A stretch of DNA of 64,000 nucleotides from Planctomycetota bacterium (GTDB lineage Bacteria; Planctomycetota; PLA2; JAEUHO01), in the NCBI GenBank assembly GCA_965222115.1, contig CBDCTJ010000007.1:1600001-1664000 (forward strand). Reading direction: 5' to 3'. The notes under the pieces were generated by a model. It did not search any database. It had not been told where the DNA came from and worked only from the letters and a program-made list of their open reading frames with translations. This document shows, piece by piece, positions 1 through 10,012 of this stretch (positions are counted from its first letter, which is position 1; each line of letters starts with the position of its first letter). Made by a program: the position numbers and the translations under genes.

Positions 1-1609
1 CTCGTGCTTCGCGAAGCACGTTCTTTGCATCTTCGCGACGACCCAAAATTGACAACACCTCCGATCGGTCCAGGCGCGCTTCCGTTCTACCTGAATCGAA
101 TTGTGTGGCCCGGCGAAAGGCCGCGTTGGCCTTGTCGAGTTCTGCGATTCGAGCAAAGGAAACGCCGCGAATGTAGTGTGCTTCTGCATTGTCGTTTCGC
201 GCCGCAAGCGCCTGATCGGCGCGTGCAATCCGCCGCCGTTCAATGTCGGCATAATCTTTGGACAACGTGTCGTCGTCGTGCGGCCCGCCGGTTTGACGGG
301 CGAGCATGACGTACCGATCGGAAACCATGTCTCGCTGGAGATGCCAGCCAACAAAGAACATTGCCGCCGCGGTACCCAACCAAAGTAGTCGTGGCGGAAA
401 TGGACAGTCCATCTCGCGATCGGGGTTACGCGTCCCCAGTCCAATCGCAACGGCTGCGCAAAGCGCGGGGGCCGGATCAATAAAGACGCCTTCGGAAAGT
501 GCAGCAGCGGCTAACGCGGCGAATGAACCAGTTGAAGCCACGCGAATCAATCTGCCGCCCGGCGACTTGGCGCCGTCCACGGCTTGTAGGAATCGAATCA
601 ACGCGATTACGACAAACAAGACGAGCGCAAGACCCGCCAACACGCCGCCTTCAGTAGCAACATGCATGTAGTCATTGTGCGCGTGAGTTGGGCGACGTCC
701 CGTTTCAAGGCGTGCTTCATTGAGATCTCGTACACGCAACACTTCTGGGGCGAATGATCCTAGGCCATGACCTGTAACGGGCGCCTCCGAAATCAGCCGC
801 GAACTCGCTCGCGCCAGTCCCGTTCGTACGTCCAACGTGTCGGTATCACCGGGAACCGGAATCTTGTGTAGGAACGCGAGCGTAGCAAGTACGCCTACCG
901 CGACGCCGAATCCCAAGACGGGTAGCCTCAATCGCTTTCGCAGGGACGGTGCGGCCATGGCGAAGAGCAATACGACGAATCCAATACACGTCGCCAGCCA
1001 CGCTGTTCGACTACCTGTGGCGATGAGTGCCAGTAGCAGTGGGAGCAAAAACAGCGCGCGTGTGAGTTGACGGCCCGGCGCGAACGCCATGGCCCATGGC
1101 ATGAAGCTCGCGATCACAACGCCGGCAACACCCGGACGTCCAAACGGACCTACGGGGGAGCGACCGCGTATTCCATCCGAGAAAATCCACGCGGCTGCTA
1201 CAACGCCCGCAAGCATCCAGATGCGCATGACGGCTGCGGCGTGCAGATCGCGCCGTATCAACTGCAGCAAGAGCCACGCCTGAATCGCAAGGGCGATCCA
1301 AACATATCCGTGTCGAATGGCGGCGGCGGCGGATTGCGGTCCCGCGAGCAGGCCTAGCAGCGCGACGAGAATCGGAAATGCGAGCCAAAATTGCCGACAA
1401 CAACTTCCGTGTGACGGCAACAGTCGAAAGGCGACGATGCTGGTCGTGATGAGCAGCGCAAGGCTCCATACGAATCCGCGCAGGACATAGCCACTCGTAA
1501 AGAAACCCGGTAGACCAACAAGGAGCACGAACGCAACTGCGAATCCAAGCCACGTGGGAAGCTTTGTATGGACATCCGCGCTCTCGTCGTAGTCGGCCAC
1601 GTCGTTCAT
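1..1609 (-). CDS. O-antigen ligase (WaaL/Wzy_C) family membrane protein, 3' end runs off the window
   Basis: Absent from the ORF track because it is open at the window edge. ATG at 1609 gives MNDVADYDESADVHTKLPTWLGFAVAFVLL..., with many hydrophobic segments. The in-frame motif RPTHAHNDYMHVATEGGVLAG (~640-695) is the H-N-x-Y/E-x-G signature of this family. Confidence 0.75.
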   Translation of the reverse strand, partial: MNDVADYDESADVHTKLPTWLGFAVAFVLLVGLPGFFTSGYVLRGFVWSLALLITTSIVAFRLLPSHGSCCRQFWLAFPILVALLGLLAGPQSAAAAIRHGYVWIALAIQAWLLLQLIRRDLHAAAVMRIWMLAGVVAAAWIFSDGIRGRSPVGPFGRPGVAGVVIASFMPWAMAFAPGRQLTRALFLLPLLLALIATGSRTAWLATCIGFVVLLFAMAAPSLRKRLRLPVLGFGVAVGVLATLAFLHKIPVPGDTDTLDVRTGLARASSRLISEAPVTGHGLGSFAPEVLRVRDLNEARLETGRRPTHAHNDYMHVATEGGVLAGLALVLFVVIALIRFLQAVDGAKSPGGRLIRVASTGSFAALAAAALSEGVFIDPAPALCAAVAIGLGTRNPDREMDCPFPPRLLWLGTAAAMFFVGWHLQRDMVSDRYVMLARQTGGPHDDDTLSKDYADIERRRIARADQALAARNDNAEAHYIRGVSFARIAELDKANAAFRRATQFDSGRTEARLDRSEVLSILGRREDAKNVLREAR

Positions 1610-1659
1610 GCCCGGCGCGAAACTCCTCGAATGGTTCAATCTGACTATAGAGGTTGAAA

Positions 1660-2571
1660 CTACTCGAACATTGCTTCGGCAAACGCGTCCGGATCGAACG
1701 GTTCAATATCGTCGATCCCTTCTCCCAGGCCGATGAACTTGACGGGGAGGCGTATCGTGTCGCCAATCGCCAGGACGGCGCCGCCCTTTGCGGTGCCATC
1801 GAGCTTCGTGATAAAGAGCCCCGTGACATTGGCGATGCCGTGAAAGAGCTCGGCTTGGCGGACGGCGTTTTGTCCTGTGGTGGCGTCAAGTACGAGCAAC
1901 ACTTCATGCGGGGCACCGGGAATCGCTTTCCCGGCCACGCGTCGAATTTTGCCGAGTTCCTGCATGAGGTTGTCTTGGGTATGCAGGCGCCCCGCCGTGT
2001 CGATAATCACATAGTCCGCATTGCGTGCCGTGCCCGCTTGGCAGGCATCAAAAGCAACCGCCGCAGGATCCGAACCGGTGGACTGCTTCACAATATCCAC
2101 GTTATTGCGCTCGCTCCAAATGGTGAGTTGCTCAACGGCGGCTGCGCGAAAGGTATCGGCGGCGCCAAGCACGACTTTGTTCCCCTGTTGACTCAGATAG
2201 CGCGTGAGTTTTCCAATTGACGTTGTCTTGCCCGCGCCATTGACGCCGCACACCAGGACAACCGTGGGCGAGTCATCGCTCCTGGCCAACTCGGTACCCT
2301 GCGAACGAAGTCGATCGGCGACGACCTTCTTGAGAAATCCTCGCACATCGTCGGCCGTTTTCAGGCGTCCCGCCTTTGCGCCTGCACGCACGTCATCGAG
2401 CAGCGTTGCGGTGGCCTGTGGGCCAACGTCGGATAGCAGTAAGACCTCTTCGAGCTCTTCGAGCAGTTTCTCGTCAACGGCGCGCCCTAGGGTCAATACG
2501 GTTTTCAGACCGCCCGAGAGCTTGCTGCGCGTCTTGCTCAGGCCCTTCTTGAACTTGCTAAACACACCCAT
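1660..2571 (-). CDS. ftsY: Signal recognition particle receptor FtsY
   Basis: Motifs GVNGAGKTTSIGKL, DTFRAAA, DTAGR, TKLDGTAKGG. Confidence 0.97.
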   Translation of the reverse strand: MGVFSKFKKGLSKTRSKLSGGLKTVLTLGRAVDEKLLEELEEVLLLSDVGPQATATLLDDVRAGAKAGRLKTADDVRGFLKKVVADRLRSQGTELARSDDSPTVVLVCGVNGAGKTTSIGKLTRYLSQQGNKVVLGAADTFRAAAVEQLTIWSERNNVDIVKQSTGSDPAAVAFDACQAGTARNADYVIIDTAGRLHTQDNLMQELGKIRRVAGKAIPGAPHEVLLVLDATTGQNAVRQAELFHGIANVTGLFITKLDGTAKGGAVLAIGDTIRLPVKFIGLGEGIDDIEPFDPDAFAEAMFE

Positions 2572-2618
2572 GGCCGTGCCACCCTATATCGTTGGAAACC
2601 GAAGCGAAACGATCCAGC

Positions 2619-3041
2619 TCACGATAGACCTCGATCTTTTCGAATCCGATCCAATATGCCGTTGATGAACGCACCCGACGCTTCGGATGAAAACTTCTTG
2701 CCCAAATTGATGGCTTCGTTGATGGCGACGCGCGTGGGAATGCTCTCATCGAATAGCATTTCGTAGCAGCCGATGCGCAGCGCATTGCGGTCCACCGCCG
2801 CCATACGGGCCACGCTCCAGTTGGATGCTGCCGACGCCAAGACCTTGTCGAGTTCGTCGCGGCGCTCATATACACCTTCCACCAGGGAGCGCGCGTAGCG
2901 CTTGGCTTCGTCCTCGCCCGAGCGGTCGCGCAGGTTTTCGTCGAGGAAGGCCTCCAACTCAAAGAGGTAGCCCTCGCCGTGGAAGTCGAGCTGAAAAAGA
3001 AACTGAAGCGCAAGTTCTCGCGCGTGGGTCCGGATGCGCAT
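2619..3041 (-). CDS. nusB: Transcription antitermination factor NusB
   Basis: Motifs RTHARELALQFLFQ, W..RMAAVDRNALR, VAINEAI, FINGILD; ribH-nusB synteny. Confidence 0.95.
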   Translation of the reverse strand: MRIRTHARELALQFLFQLDFHGEGYLFELEAFLDENLRDRSGEDEAKRYARSLVEGVYERRDELDKVLASAASNWSVARMAAVDRNALRIGCYEMLFDESIPTRVAINEAINLGKKFSSEASGAFINGILDRIRKDRGLS

Positions 3042-3053
3042 CGGATGAGCCTG

Positions 3054-3578
3054 CTACGTGGCCCGACGCTTGCGTTCGAGGTCGCGGTACAGCTTGATCA
3101 TGTCGAGCGCCGCTTCCATGGCCTCCACGCCTTTGTTGCCGCCTTTGCCGCCTTTGCCGCGCTTGTCCGACGAACGCGCTTCGGCTTGGGCCAACGTCTC
3201 GGCCGTGATCACGCCGAGCCCCACCGGTATGCCCGACTCGCTCGCCACGCGCGAAAGGCCGTCAACGCATGCACGTGCCACGTGATCGAAATGCGATGTC
3301 TCGCCGCGCACAATGCAGCCCAGGGCAACCACGGCGTCTACGCCTTCTCCACGTGCAAGCCAGCCGGCGGCTTGAGGAAGTTCAAACGCTCCCGGCACTT
3401 CCGCGCGAATGAATTGTGACTCGGTGATGCCCGCAGCCAACGCAGTCGCAACGGCAGCCGCTTCCAAACGCTTCGTAATCTCGGGATACCAACGCGACAC
3501 GACAATACCGATGTGTGTGTTGGCCCATTCGTGCGCGGCGTCGCGGGGTTCAGACGTGGCGGGTTGGAAAGGGGGCAT
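3054..3578 (-). CDS. ribH: 6,7-dimethyl-8-ribityllumazine synthase
   Basis: Motifs IGIVVSRW, VPGAFELP, ALGCIVRGETSHFD, NKGVEA. Start moved to ATG 3578, which has GAGG upstream. Confidence 0.95.
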   Translation of the reverse strand: MPPFQPATSEPRDAAHEWANTHIGIVVSRWYPEITKRLEAAAVATALAAGITESQFIRAEVPGAFELPQAAGWLARGEGVDAVVALGCIVRGETSHFDHVARACVDGLSRVASESGIPVGLGVITAETLAQAEARSSDKRGKGGKGGNKGVEAMEAALDMIKLYRDLERKRRAT

Positions 3579-3672
3579 GACACCTCGTCGGGCTACATGG
3601 GAAAGAACGGCGATCCACGGAATGCTACCCACGACGAAGCGACCCGGAGCAAGGAACGCACGCCACTTCCGC

Positions 3673-3678
3673 TACTAT
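3673..3678 (+). promoter_or_regulatory. Candidate -10 box (TACTAT) 6 nt before the moeA ATG; representative of a leaderless-type signal seen at about nine genes
   Basis: The same geometry occurs at tsaD, pabB, the VOC gene, ymdB, the hemY-like gene, xseB, nadK and the 55921 gene. Confidence 0.55.
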
Positions 3679-3684
3679 TCCTCG

Positions 3685-4926
3685 ATGATCTTGTTTGACG
3701 AGGCCATCGCGCGGATTGCATCCGCCTTCCCACGGCGAGTCGCCGCCACCGAACGCGTTGACCTCGCCGATGCCTCGGGACGCGTGTTGGCCGAGTCCAT
3801 CACCATGGATGCTGACATGCCGCCGTTTCGGCGCTCCACCATGGACGGGTTTGCGATACGTATCTCGGATCGCCGTGTGGGCGCTACGCTCGATGTCGAC
3901 GGGCGGATCACCGCGGGCGAAAACGTCAACGCGGCACTTACTCCCGGCCACGCCATTCGGGTGATGACGGGTGCGCCCGTCCCCGCCGAAGCCGAAGACG
4001 TGATTCCATTTGAGTGGACCAACGCATCGTCTACGGCGGGCCGCGTCGGTGAGCACGTGCGGATTGAACGTCTTCCGCGGGATGGTGCCAATATTGTCGA
4101 GCGCGGGTCGTTTTATAAAGCGGGCGCTGAAATCTTGACGCCGGGAACGAGTTTACGCGCAGCACATATGGGGATGTTGGCTTCTGTGGGACGTTCACAG
4201 ATTGACGTGTACGTGCGTCCGCGTGTTTCTATTCTTCCGACGGGCAACGAACTCATTCCCATCGATCAGCCGCCTGTGCCGGGCAAGATCCGAAACTCCA
4301 ATGCGTATGCGCTGCGTGCTCAGGTTACGCGTGAGGGCGCCATCGCCTCGGCGAGCGACCCTGTGGGTGACGATCGCGAGGCCTTGATTCGTGCAATACG
4401 TGCTGGTCTCGACAGCGAACTCTTGTTGCTGAGTGGCGGCGTGAGCAAAGGGGACTTGGACTTGGTCCCAAGCGCGCTCGAAGCGGCGGGTGTTCGATGT
4501 CTATTCCACGGCTGGGCACTTCAACCGGGCGGACCGATGTGGTGTGGTGTTACCGACACGACGCTGGTGTTGGGGTTGCCCGGCAATCCCGCGGCGACAT
4601 TCGTGGGCTTCGAACTGCTTGGCGTTCCAGCCCTCCGTGCGTGGATGGGTGCGCCGTTCTGTGCGCGCAAGACGCTCTCGTGTCGGCATCAACTGGAGGA
4701 CATTGGCATGTCGGCCCGTCGTCGGATTCGTCCCGTGCGCTTGATGGCCCGCGCTGCGAGGGGGCTGGAGGCTGTGCCGCTCCGGTGGCACGGCAGTGGT
4801 GACCCGCTCGCGTTTGGGGACGCAGACGCCCTGGCCGTCCTGCCTGCAAACACACCCCTCGGTGACCGGGTGGACGTCATTGTGCTCGGCCCCATGTCGG
4901 TCGATTCGATGGAGCAAGCCTCGTGA
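3685..4926 (+). CDS. moeA: Molybdopterin molybdenumtransferase MoeA
   Basis: Motifs PPFRRSTMDGFA, VMTGA, RNSN, SGGVSKGDLD, LPGNP. Start refined to ATG 3685. Confidence 0.93.
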   Translation: MILFDEAIARIASAFPRRVAATERVDLADASGRVLAESITMDADMPPFRRSTMDGFAIRISDRRVGATLDVDGRITAGENVNAALTPGHAIRVMTGAPVPAEAEDVIPFEWTNASSTAGRVGEHVRIERLPRDGANIVERGSFYKAGAEILTPGTSLRAAHMGMLASVGRSQIDVYVRPRVSILPTGNELIPIDQPPVPGKIRNSNAYALRAQVTREGAIASASDPVGDDREALIRAIRAGLDSELLLLSGGVSKGDLDLVPSALEAAGVRCLFHGWALQPGGPMWCGVTDTTLVLGLPGNPAATFVGFELLGVPALRAWMGAPFCARKTLSCRHQLEDIGMSARRRIRPVRLMARAARGLEAVPLRWHGSGDPLAFGDADALAVLPANTPLGDRVDVIVLGPMSVDSMEQAS

Positions 4927-6803
4927 ACGCGTCGCCCCGCAAGTCCGGTTCACGTTCTCCGCTTCGATTCATCCCGTGGATCCACCGGGGCGCCTCGATC
5001 TACATCATGTTCATCGCGTTGGGCATGACGCTGCTCGCATTGCATCTACCGCCCGGGCCGTTGCCCTACGCCGTGTTTATCGCCGACGCTCCCTTTCTTT
5101 GGCTGCTGTTTTTCTCCGGCGGTGGCGATCGATGGAAGCGCTGGGCACTTGTCTATGGCGCCGTTCACTTTGCCTTTGCCATGCGTTGGCTCTACGAAGT
5201 ACAGCCCATGCAAGTGCTTGCTTCGGCCGTGATCTTGGGACCCACATTTCTGGTTTGGGGCAGCGCACTTCGCATGCTTGTTCGTCGCGGCGTTCCCCTT
5301 GCGATTGCTACGGGCACTGTGGTTGTGCTCGAAGAGATCATGCGCACACGTTGGATGGGCGGCATGCCTTGGCCCGCGCGTTCCCTTGCCTTTGCTTCCG
5401 ATCAATCGATCGCGGCACCCATGGATGCGCTTGTGTCCTCCAGCGCCTTCTTCGGTTCCTATGCGCTGTCCTTTTTCGCTGGCGCGACGTCGGCTGTTGT
5501 CGCGCGAATTCCGTTTTGGCTCATGAGTCAAGGTGACGCGCGCACGGTTACGCGCCGTTCGGTGATTCGCGAGGCGGTATTCGTTCTCTGTGTTCTCGTC
5601 TTGCTGGGCGTACTAGGGAGTGTGCGTCGCAGTGGATTCCGCGAGCGTGTTGAAAACGGGCAGTGCCACAAGACTCAGCACGAGTTGTTGGTGATTCAGG
5701 CCGCCATTCCTCAGTCCCTCAAGAATGCGCGCGACGATTGGGATGGGCTCAAACAGATGTTTGCGCGCCACGAAGAGATTTCGAAACAGGCGCTCGGTGC
5801 CGCGCCCGGAGGGAACGCGCCCTATTTTGGCGTTTTATGGCCGGAAACGATGATTCCCTGGCCGTTTCTGTCTCCCGATCTCGCCGCGCGCTTTCCCCGC
5901 AAGTGGATGGACCAAGTCAATGTGATGCGTCGCATCAAGGCAATTCCGAGTGGCGAGGACCTGCATTGGCTGATTGGTGCCATTCAGTTGGTGCGCCGCG
6001 GGGATGAGCGTCACGAAAACATGTGGGCCTACGGCACGCGTGACAGCGTCTTCTACGTGCGTCCTCGTTATGCGCCCGGTCAAGGCGAGAAACCGCCACT
6101 TCCGGATCCACTCAATCCGCATTGGATTCCACCGTGGACCACCAAAAACGCGCGCCACGACAAAGTTCGACTCGTACCGGGTGGTGAATACACGCCGCTG
6201 GGTGATTGGATTCCGCCGCTCAAGCTCTTCCGCGAGTGGGTCGCGGGCATTCCCGAACTCGATCCTGGCGATGTCAATCAACCGCCGTTTCGACTCCACT
6301 TTGAAGGCGCACATCTTGAGCATCTCAATGACGGTTCTGACCTCGTCATGCCGGTGGGAACGGTGATCTGCTTTGAGATTGCGTTTCCCGCGCGTTGCCG
6401 CAAGTGGCGATCGCTTGGCGCGAAGGTGCTGCTCAACGCCGCCAACTATGGATGGTTTGGCAAGACTGATTTTCGCAGTCAGGTGCAGTCCATGGCGCGC
6501 CTGCGAAGTGCGGAGTGTGGTGTAACCACAGCCATGGCCGGCAATACGGGCCCCAGCGCGTTCTTCGATCCCATCGGGGGTCGCTATGGCACATTCGTGG
6601 ATGCCGAGACCGGTGAGAGCGAACCCTGTGGTCCACTTGAGACGACCCACCGTGCGGGGTGGGCAAGAGCACCGCTCTATCTAGATGCCAAGGTGCCGCT
6701 ATACGTGAAGATCGGTGACCTTCCCTGGTTCGCCCTTGGTGCGGCGCTGCTCGCTTGGGCCTTCCTCCGATCGAGACGCGTGAAAATTCGCGGCACCGGC
6801 TAG
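4923..6803 (+). CDS. lnt: Apolipoprotein N-acyltransferase
   Basis: N-terminal TM helices; nitrilase triad contexts WPET, KVRLVPGGEY and ICFE; C-terminal LYVKIGD. Confidence 0.9.
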   Translation: MNASPRKSGSRSPLRFIPWIHRGASIYIMFIALGMTLLALHLPPGPLPYAVFIADAPFLWLLFFSGGGDRWKRWALVYGAVHFAFAMRWLYEVQPMQVLASAVILGPTFLVWGSALRMLVRRGVPLAIATGTVVVLEEIMRTRWMGGMPWPARSLAFASDQSIAAPMDALVSSSAFFGSYALSFFAGATSAVVARIPFWLMSQGDARTVTRRSVIREAVFVLCVLVLLGVLGSVRRSGFRERVENGQCHKTQHELLVIQAAIPQSLKNARDDWDGLKQMFARHEEISKQALGAAPGGNAPYFGVLWPETMIPWPFLSPDLAARFPRKWMDQVNVMRRIKAIPSGEDLHWLIGAIQLVRRGDERHENMWAYGTRDSVFYVRPRYAPGQGEKPPLPDPLNPHWIPPWTTKNARHDKVRLVPGGEYTPLGDWIPPLKLFREWVAGIPELDPGDVNQPPFRLHFEGAHLEHLNDGSDLVMPVGTVICFEIAFPARCRKWRSLGAKVLLNAANYGWFGKTDFRSQVQSMARLRSAECGVTTAMAGNTGPSAFFDPIGGRYGTFVDAETGESEPCGPLETTHRAGWARAPLYLDAKVPLYVKIGDLPWFALGAALLAWAFLRSRRVKIRGTG

Positions 6804-7180
6804 CGGCACTCGCACTCTTTCCGATCCAGCTTGTGCTGGCATTGTTAGGCAGCACCCACCAATCCGCGAATTCATGAGTTCTGGAGGGGCTAGCGGAGCG
6901 CAAATCGTTTGACTCGACCGGGTAGTTTTGTCATAAAACGGCAACCACAGCGGTATCGCCGATCCTTGAGGGAGGGTCGTCGGGAGTCCCAGCGCGTCGA
7001 ATGGCCCCAAAAAATGCGGGCCGGGATGGCGCGCTGCGGGCGTGCAGGGAGGGCATCACGGTAGGATTGGATCGACGCGGCGTGGTGTCGCGGCGAATCC
7101 GTCGCCGAATGCGCGTTCTTAGTTACGAGCGCTCGTTATGGTTCGAGCCGTCGATGCGTTGACCGACAGGAGAGTTCTCA

Positions 7181-8020
7181 ATGAGTACCTTTGGCAAGAT
7201 TCTTGTCGTCGTGAACTTGGGCTTGGCAGCCGCCTTCTTGGGCAGCGCAGCCAACTACCTGGGTCACCAAGACACCGTGGCGCATAAGTTTGATGCGTTT
7301 AAGAAGAAGACCACCGACGAAAAGTCGTTGATGCAGGAAGAGATCGACAAGAAGAATCGCGACCTGCAAGCCGCCAACACCAACTTGCGCAAGGCGATTT
7401 CCGAACGCGATATCGCGCAGACGGCCGCCTCGCGTTCCGACGCACAGTCAAAGAATGACCAAGAGGCCTACAAGGTCCTTGCGGGCAATCTTTCCGTTGC
7501 GCAGCGCGCCGTGGACCGCATGTCGGCCACCGCCAATGCCGACAAGGCCATGATCAGTAGTCTTCGTCAAGATCGCGACCAGATGAAGACGGCTTGGGAC
7601 GACGCCAAGGAACGCTTGAATAGCGCCTTGAGCCGACTCGCCGCCGCCACACGCAACGTTGAGAAGCTTGAAAACATAGGCCAGATCACGGCCGCCAAGC
7701 TCGGTTCACTTGAGGAAGAGAACCGCCAGCTTCGCTTCCAACTCGAAGGCGTGGCCCGCAAGGCGCCCAGCCTCGTGAAGTTCAATCAGCCCGCCCAGCA
7801 AGGCCGTGTCGTAACGGCCGGTGGCGATCTCGTCACGATCTCGCTCGGCGAGGAAGATGGCGTCAAGCGCGGCTACCGCTACACCGTTGCGCGTGGTCGT
7901 GAATACATCGCCACCATTCAAATCGAAGACACGCAGGCCAAGCAGTCCTCGGGTGTTATCGTCCGCAACATGTCCAAGGGCGACGTCCAACAGGGCGACT
8001 CGGTCATTAACGCCAACTAG
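7181..8020 (+). CDS. Hypothetical membrane-anchored coiled-coil protein with C-terminal beta domain
   Basis: AGGAG RBS. N-terminal hydrophobic helix (KILVVVNLGLAAAFLG), long heptad-rich region, C-terminal VTISLGEEDGVKRGYRYTV. Confidence 0.85.
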   Translation: MSTFGKILVVVNLGLAAAFLGSAANYLGHQDTVAHKFDAFKKKTTDEKSLMQEEIDKKNRDLQAANTNLRKAISERDIAQTAASRSDAQSKNDQEAYKVLAGNLSVAQRAVDRMSATANADKAMISSLRQDRDQMKTAWDDAKERLNSALSRLAAATRNVEKLENIGQITAAKLGSLEEENRQLRFQLEGVARKAPSLVKFNQPAQQGRVVTAGGDLVTISLGEEDGVKRGYRYTVARGREYIATIQIEDTQAKQSSGVIVRNMSKGDVQQGDSVINAN

Positions 8021-8158
8021 GAACCCGGCTCGTTGCGTCGGGTCCCTCGGGATCCGGCAGACGAGAACCACAAAGGCAATAGCGGCGAAGCAGCCGTACC
8101 CGCTCGTTCCGAGAACTCCGGGCGGCAAGGCGCAGCGTCGAGAGAGGATTCTTGAGTT

Positions 8159-8356
8159 ATGGCACGCGGTAGAGATCGATTCGAAGATTACGATGAGCAC
8201 AGCCCCGAGCCCAAGCGCGACGGGCTGGCCACGGGACTCGTCTGCTTGACCACGCTGGTGTTGCTTGCAGCGGTCTTCTTTATGCAGAAGGCCCTGAAGG
8301 ACCACTTCAACGCGGGCATGTTCAAAGACAAGGGCGCCGCCACAGGCACCCCCTAA
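8159..8356 (+). CDS. Small single-pass membrane protein (65 aa)
   Basis: GAGG-like sequence upstream; acidic N-terminus and one TM helix (LATGLVCLTTLVLLAAVFF); GC3-rich codons. Confidence 0.65.
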   Translation: MARGRDRFEDYDEHSPEPKRDGLATGLVCLTTLVLLAAVFFMQKALKDHFNAGMFKDKGAATGTP

Positions 8357-8732
8357 CTCCTGAATGTAGCTTCTACGCACTCGTCCACGCATCCCTGCGA
8401 TGAGGCGATCAGCTTCAATTCCTGATTGAGGGCGGGCACGATGTCGATCGCGTCCGCCCCTTTTGCGTTTTGGGGTCTACCCCGAGAGCCCATCGAGACG
8501 AACGAAGGGCCAATTTGCCAACTTCGGACATGCGTGAGCACCGCCCCTGCCGATCTACCGTTCGTAGCGGCCCAGCCCGCGCCGCGACGCAAACCGCGCG
8601 ACCTGGTCGTCTTGGCGCTGCCGCGGCTGTCCGCCGTCCCCACGCGCCTGTATATGGTGGGCATTCTGCGGCCGCGAATCTAGGGATCGCTGCGCGGGGT
8701 GAGCATAGGTTCCAAGAAGAAGGCGGGCGTGC

Positions 8733-9785
8733 ATGGCCAAACTCTTTGAGTGGCTGATCGGCAAGTTTTCAGTCGACATGGGTATCGACTTGGGAACCGC
8801 GAACACGCTCGTTTGTGTTCAAGGTCGCGGCATCATTCTTAATGAGCCAAGCGTTGTGGCCGTAAAGAAGGGAACCAACAAGGTTCTGCTCGATGGTCGC
8901 GCCGTCGGTGACACCGCCAAGGAAATGCTTGGAAAAACACCGGGCAATATCGTGGCCATTCGTCCCTTGAAGGACGGCGTAATTGCCGACTTCGAGATCA
9001 CCGAAGCCATGTTGCGCTATTTTATCTACAAGGTACACGACCGCACCTGGGCGGTGCATCCCCGTGTGGTCATTGCCATTCCGTATGGCATTACACCGGT
9101 TGAAAAGCGCGCTGTGATCAACTCGGCCGAACGCGCGGGCGCACGCAAAGTCTACTTGATTGAAGAGCCCATGGCCGCTGGCATTGGCGTGGGGTTGCCC
9201 ATCACCGAACCGCAGGCCTCCATGATTGTTGACATTGGTGGCGGTACTACTGAGGTGGCCGTGATTTCGCTGGCCGGCATTGTCAAAGCCAACTCGCTGC
9301 GAACTGCCGGTGACTCGATGGACGAAGCCATCGTCACGCATATGCGCAACACCTACAACCTGCTCATCGGCGAGCAGACAGCGGAGAAGGTAAAGATCGG
9401 CATTGGCAGTGCGTATCCCCTCAAGCGTGAAATGACCATGGACGTGCGCGGGCGCGACGTGAAGCAGGGCTTGCCCCGCAAGGTCGTGGTCACCAGCGAA
9501 GAGATTCGCGAGGCGCTGCAAGATCCTGTGCGCGGCATTGTGGACACGGTCAAGAACACCCTCGAGCAGACGCCGCCCGAGTTGGCGGCCGATTTGATCG
9601 ACAGCGGCGTGGTGGTGGCGGGCGGCGGCGCGCTACTGCGAGGGCTCGATCGCGTGCTCGCCGAAGAAATCAACCTTCCGGTGCGCGTGGCCGAGGACCC
9701 ACTCACCGCGGTGGCCCGTGGCACAGGCGTATTCCTCGAGAAGATCAAAGACCTCAAAGTGGCCATGGACTCGGCGGAAGACTAG
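8733..9785 (+). CDS. mreB: Rod shape-determining protein MreB
   Basis: Motifs [47 protein letters not shown]. Confidence 0.98.
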   Translation: MAKLFEWLIGKFSVDMGIDLGTANTLVCVQGRGIILNEPSVVAVKKGTNKVLLDGRAVGDTAKEMLGKTPGNIVAIRPLKDGVIADFEITEAMLRYFIYKVHDRTWAVHPRVVIAIPYGITPVEKRAVINSAERAGARKVYLIEEPMAAGIGVGLPITEPQASMIVDIGGGTTEVAVISLAGIVKANSLRTAGDSMDEAIVTHMRNTYNLLIGEQTAEKVKIGIGSAYPLKREMTMDVRGRDVKQGLPRKVVVTSEEIREALQDPVRGIVDTVKNTLEQTPPELAADLIDSGVVVAGGGALLRGLDRVLAEEINLPVRVAEDPLTAVARGTGVFLEKIKDLKVAMDSAED

Positions 9786-10012
9786 CCGTTCCAGGCGGCG
9801 CGAAATCGTTGCACAGAGCTTGCAATCAGATGCGGCTCGAATGGCTAGACTGTCTAGCGGTTGGGGGATAATCGGGAAAGGTCCCCAAGGTCTGGTGTGA
9901 GGCGAATTCTCTGCGATTGCAGGGTCGTCATTACAGCCCACCACGCGGGGACGGGCGTGGCAATAGGTCATGAGTCGATTCGTTTTGAATCTTGGAGGCA
10001 CAACGGTTCTGC

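Noticed and set aside
1011-2220. Long alternative ORFs (1011-1916, 1654-2220) and similar antisense ORFs across the window (e.g. 8769-9521, 12253-13197, 17233-18093)
   Set aside because: These are shadow ORFs overlapping well-supported genes, as expected in high-GC DNA, and they carry no recognisable motifs.
6804-7180. Long intergenic region as a possible ncRNA
   Set aside because: I saw only a weak promoter-like TTGACT-17nt-CATAAA and no recognisable RNA family or second copy.
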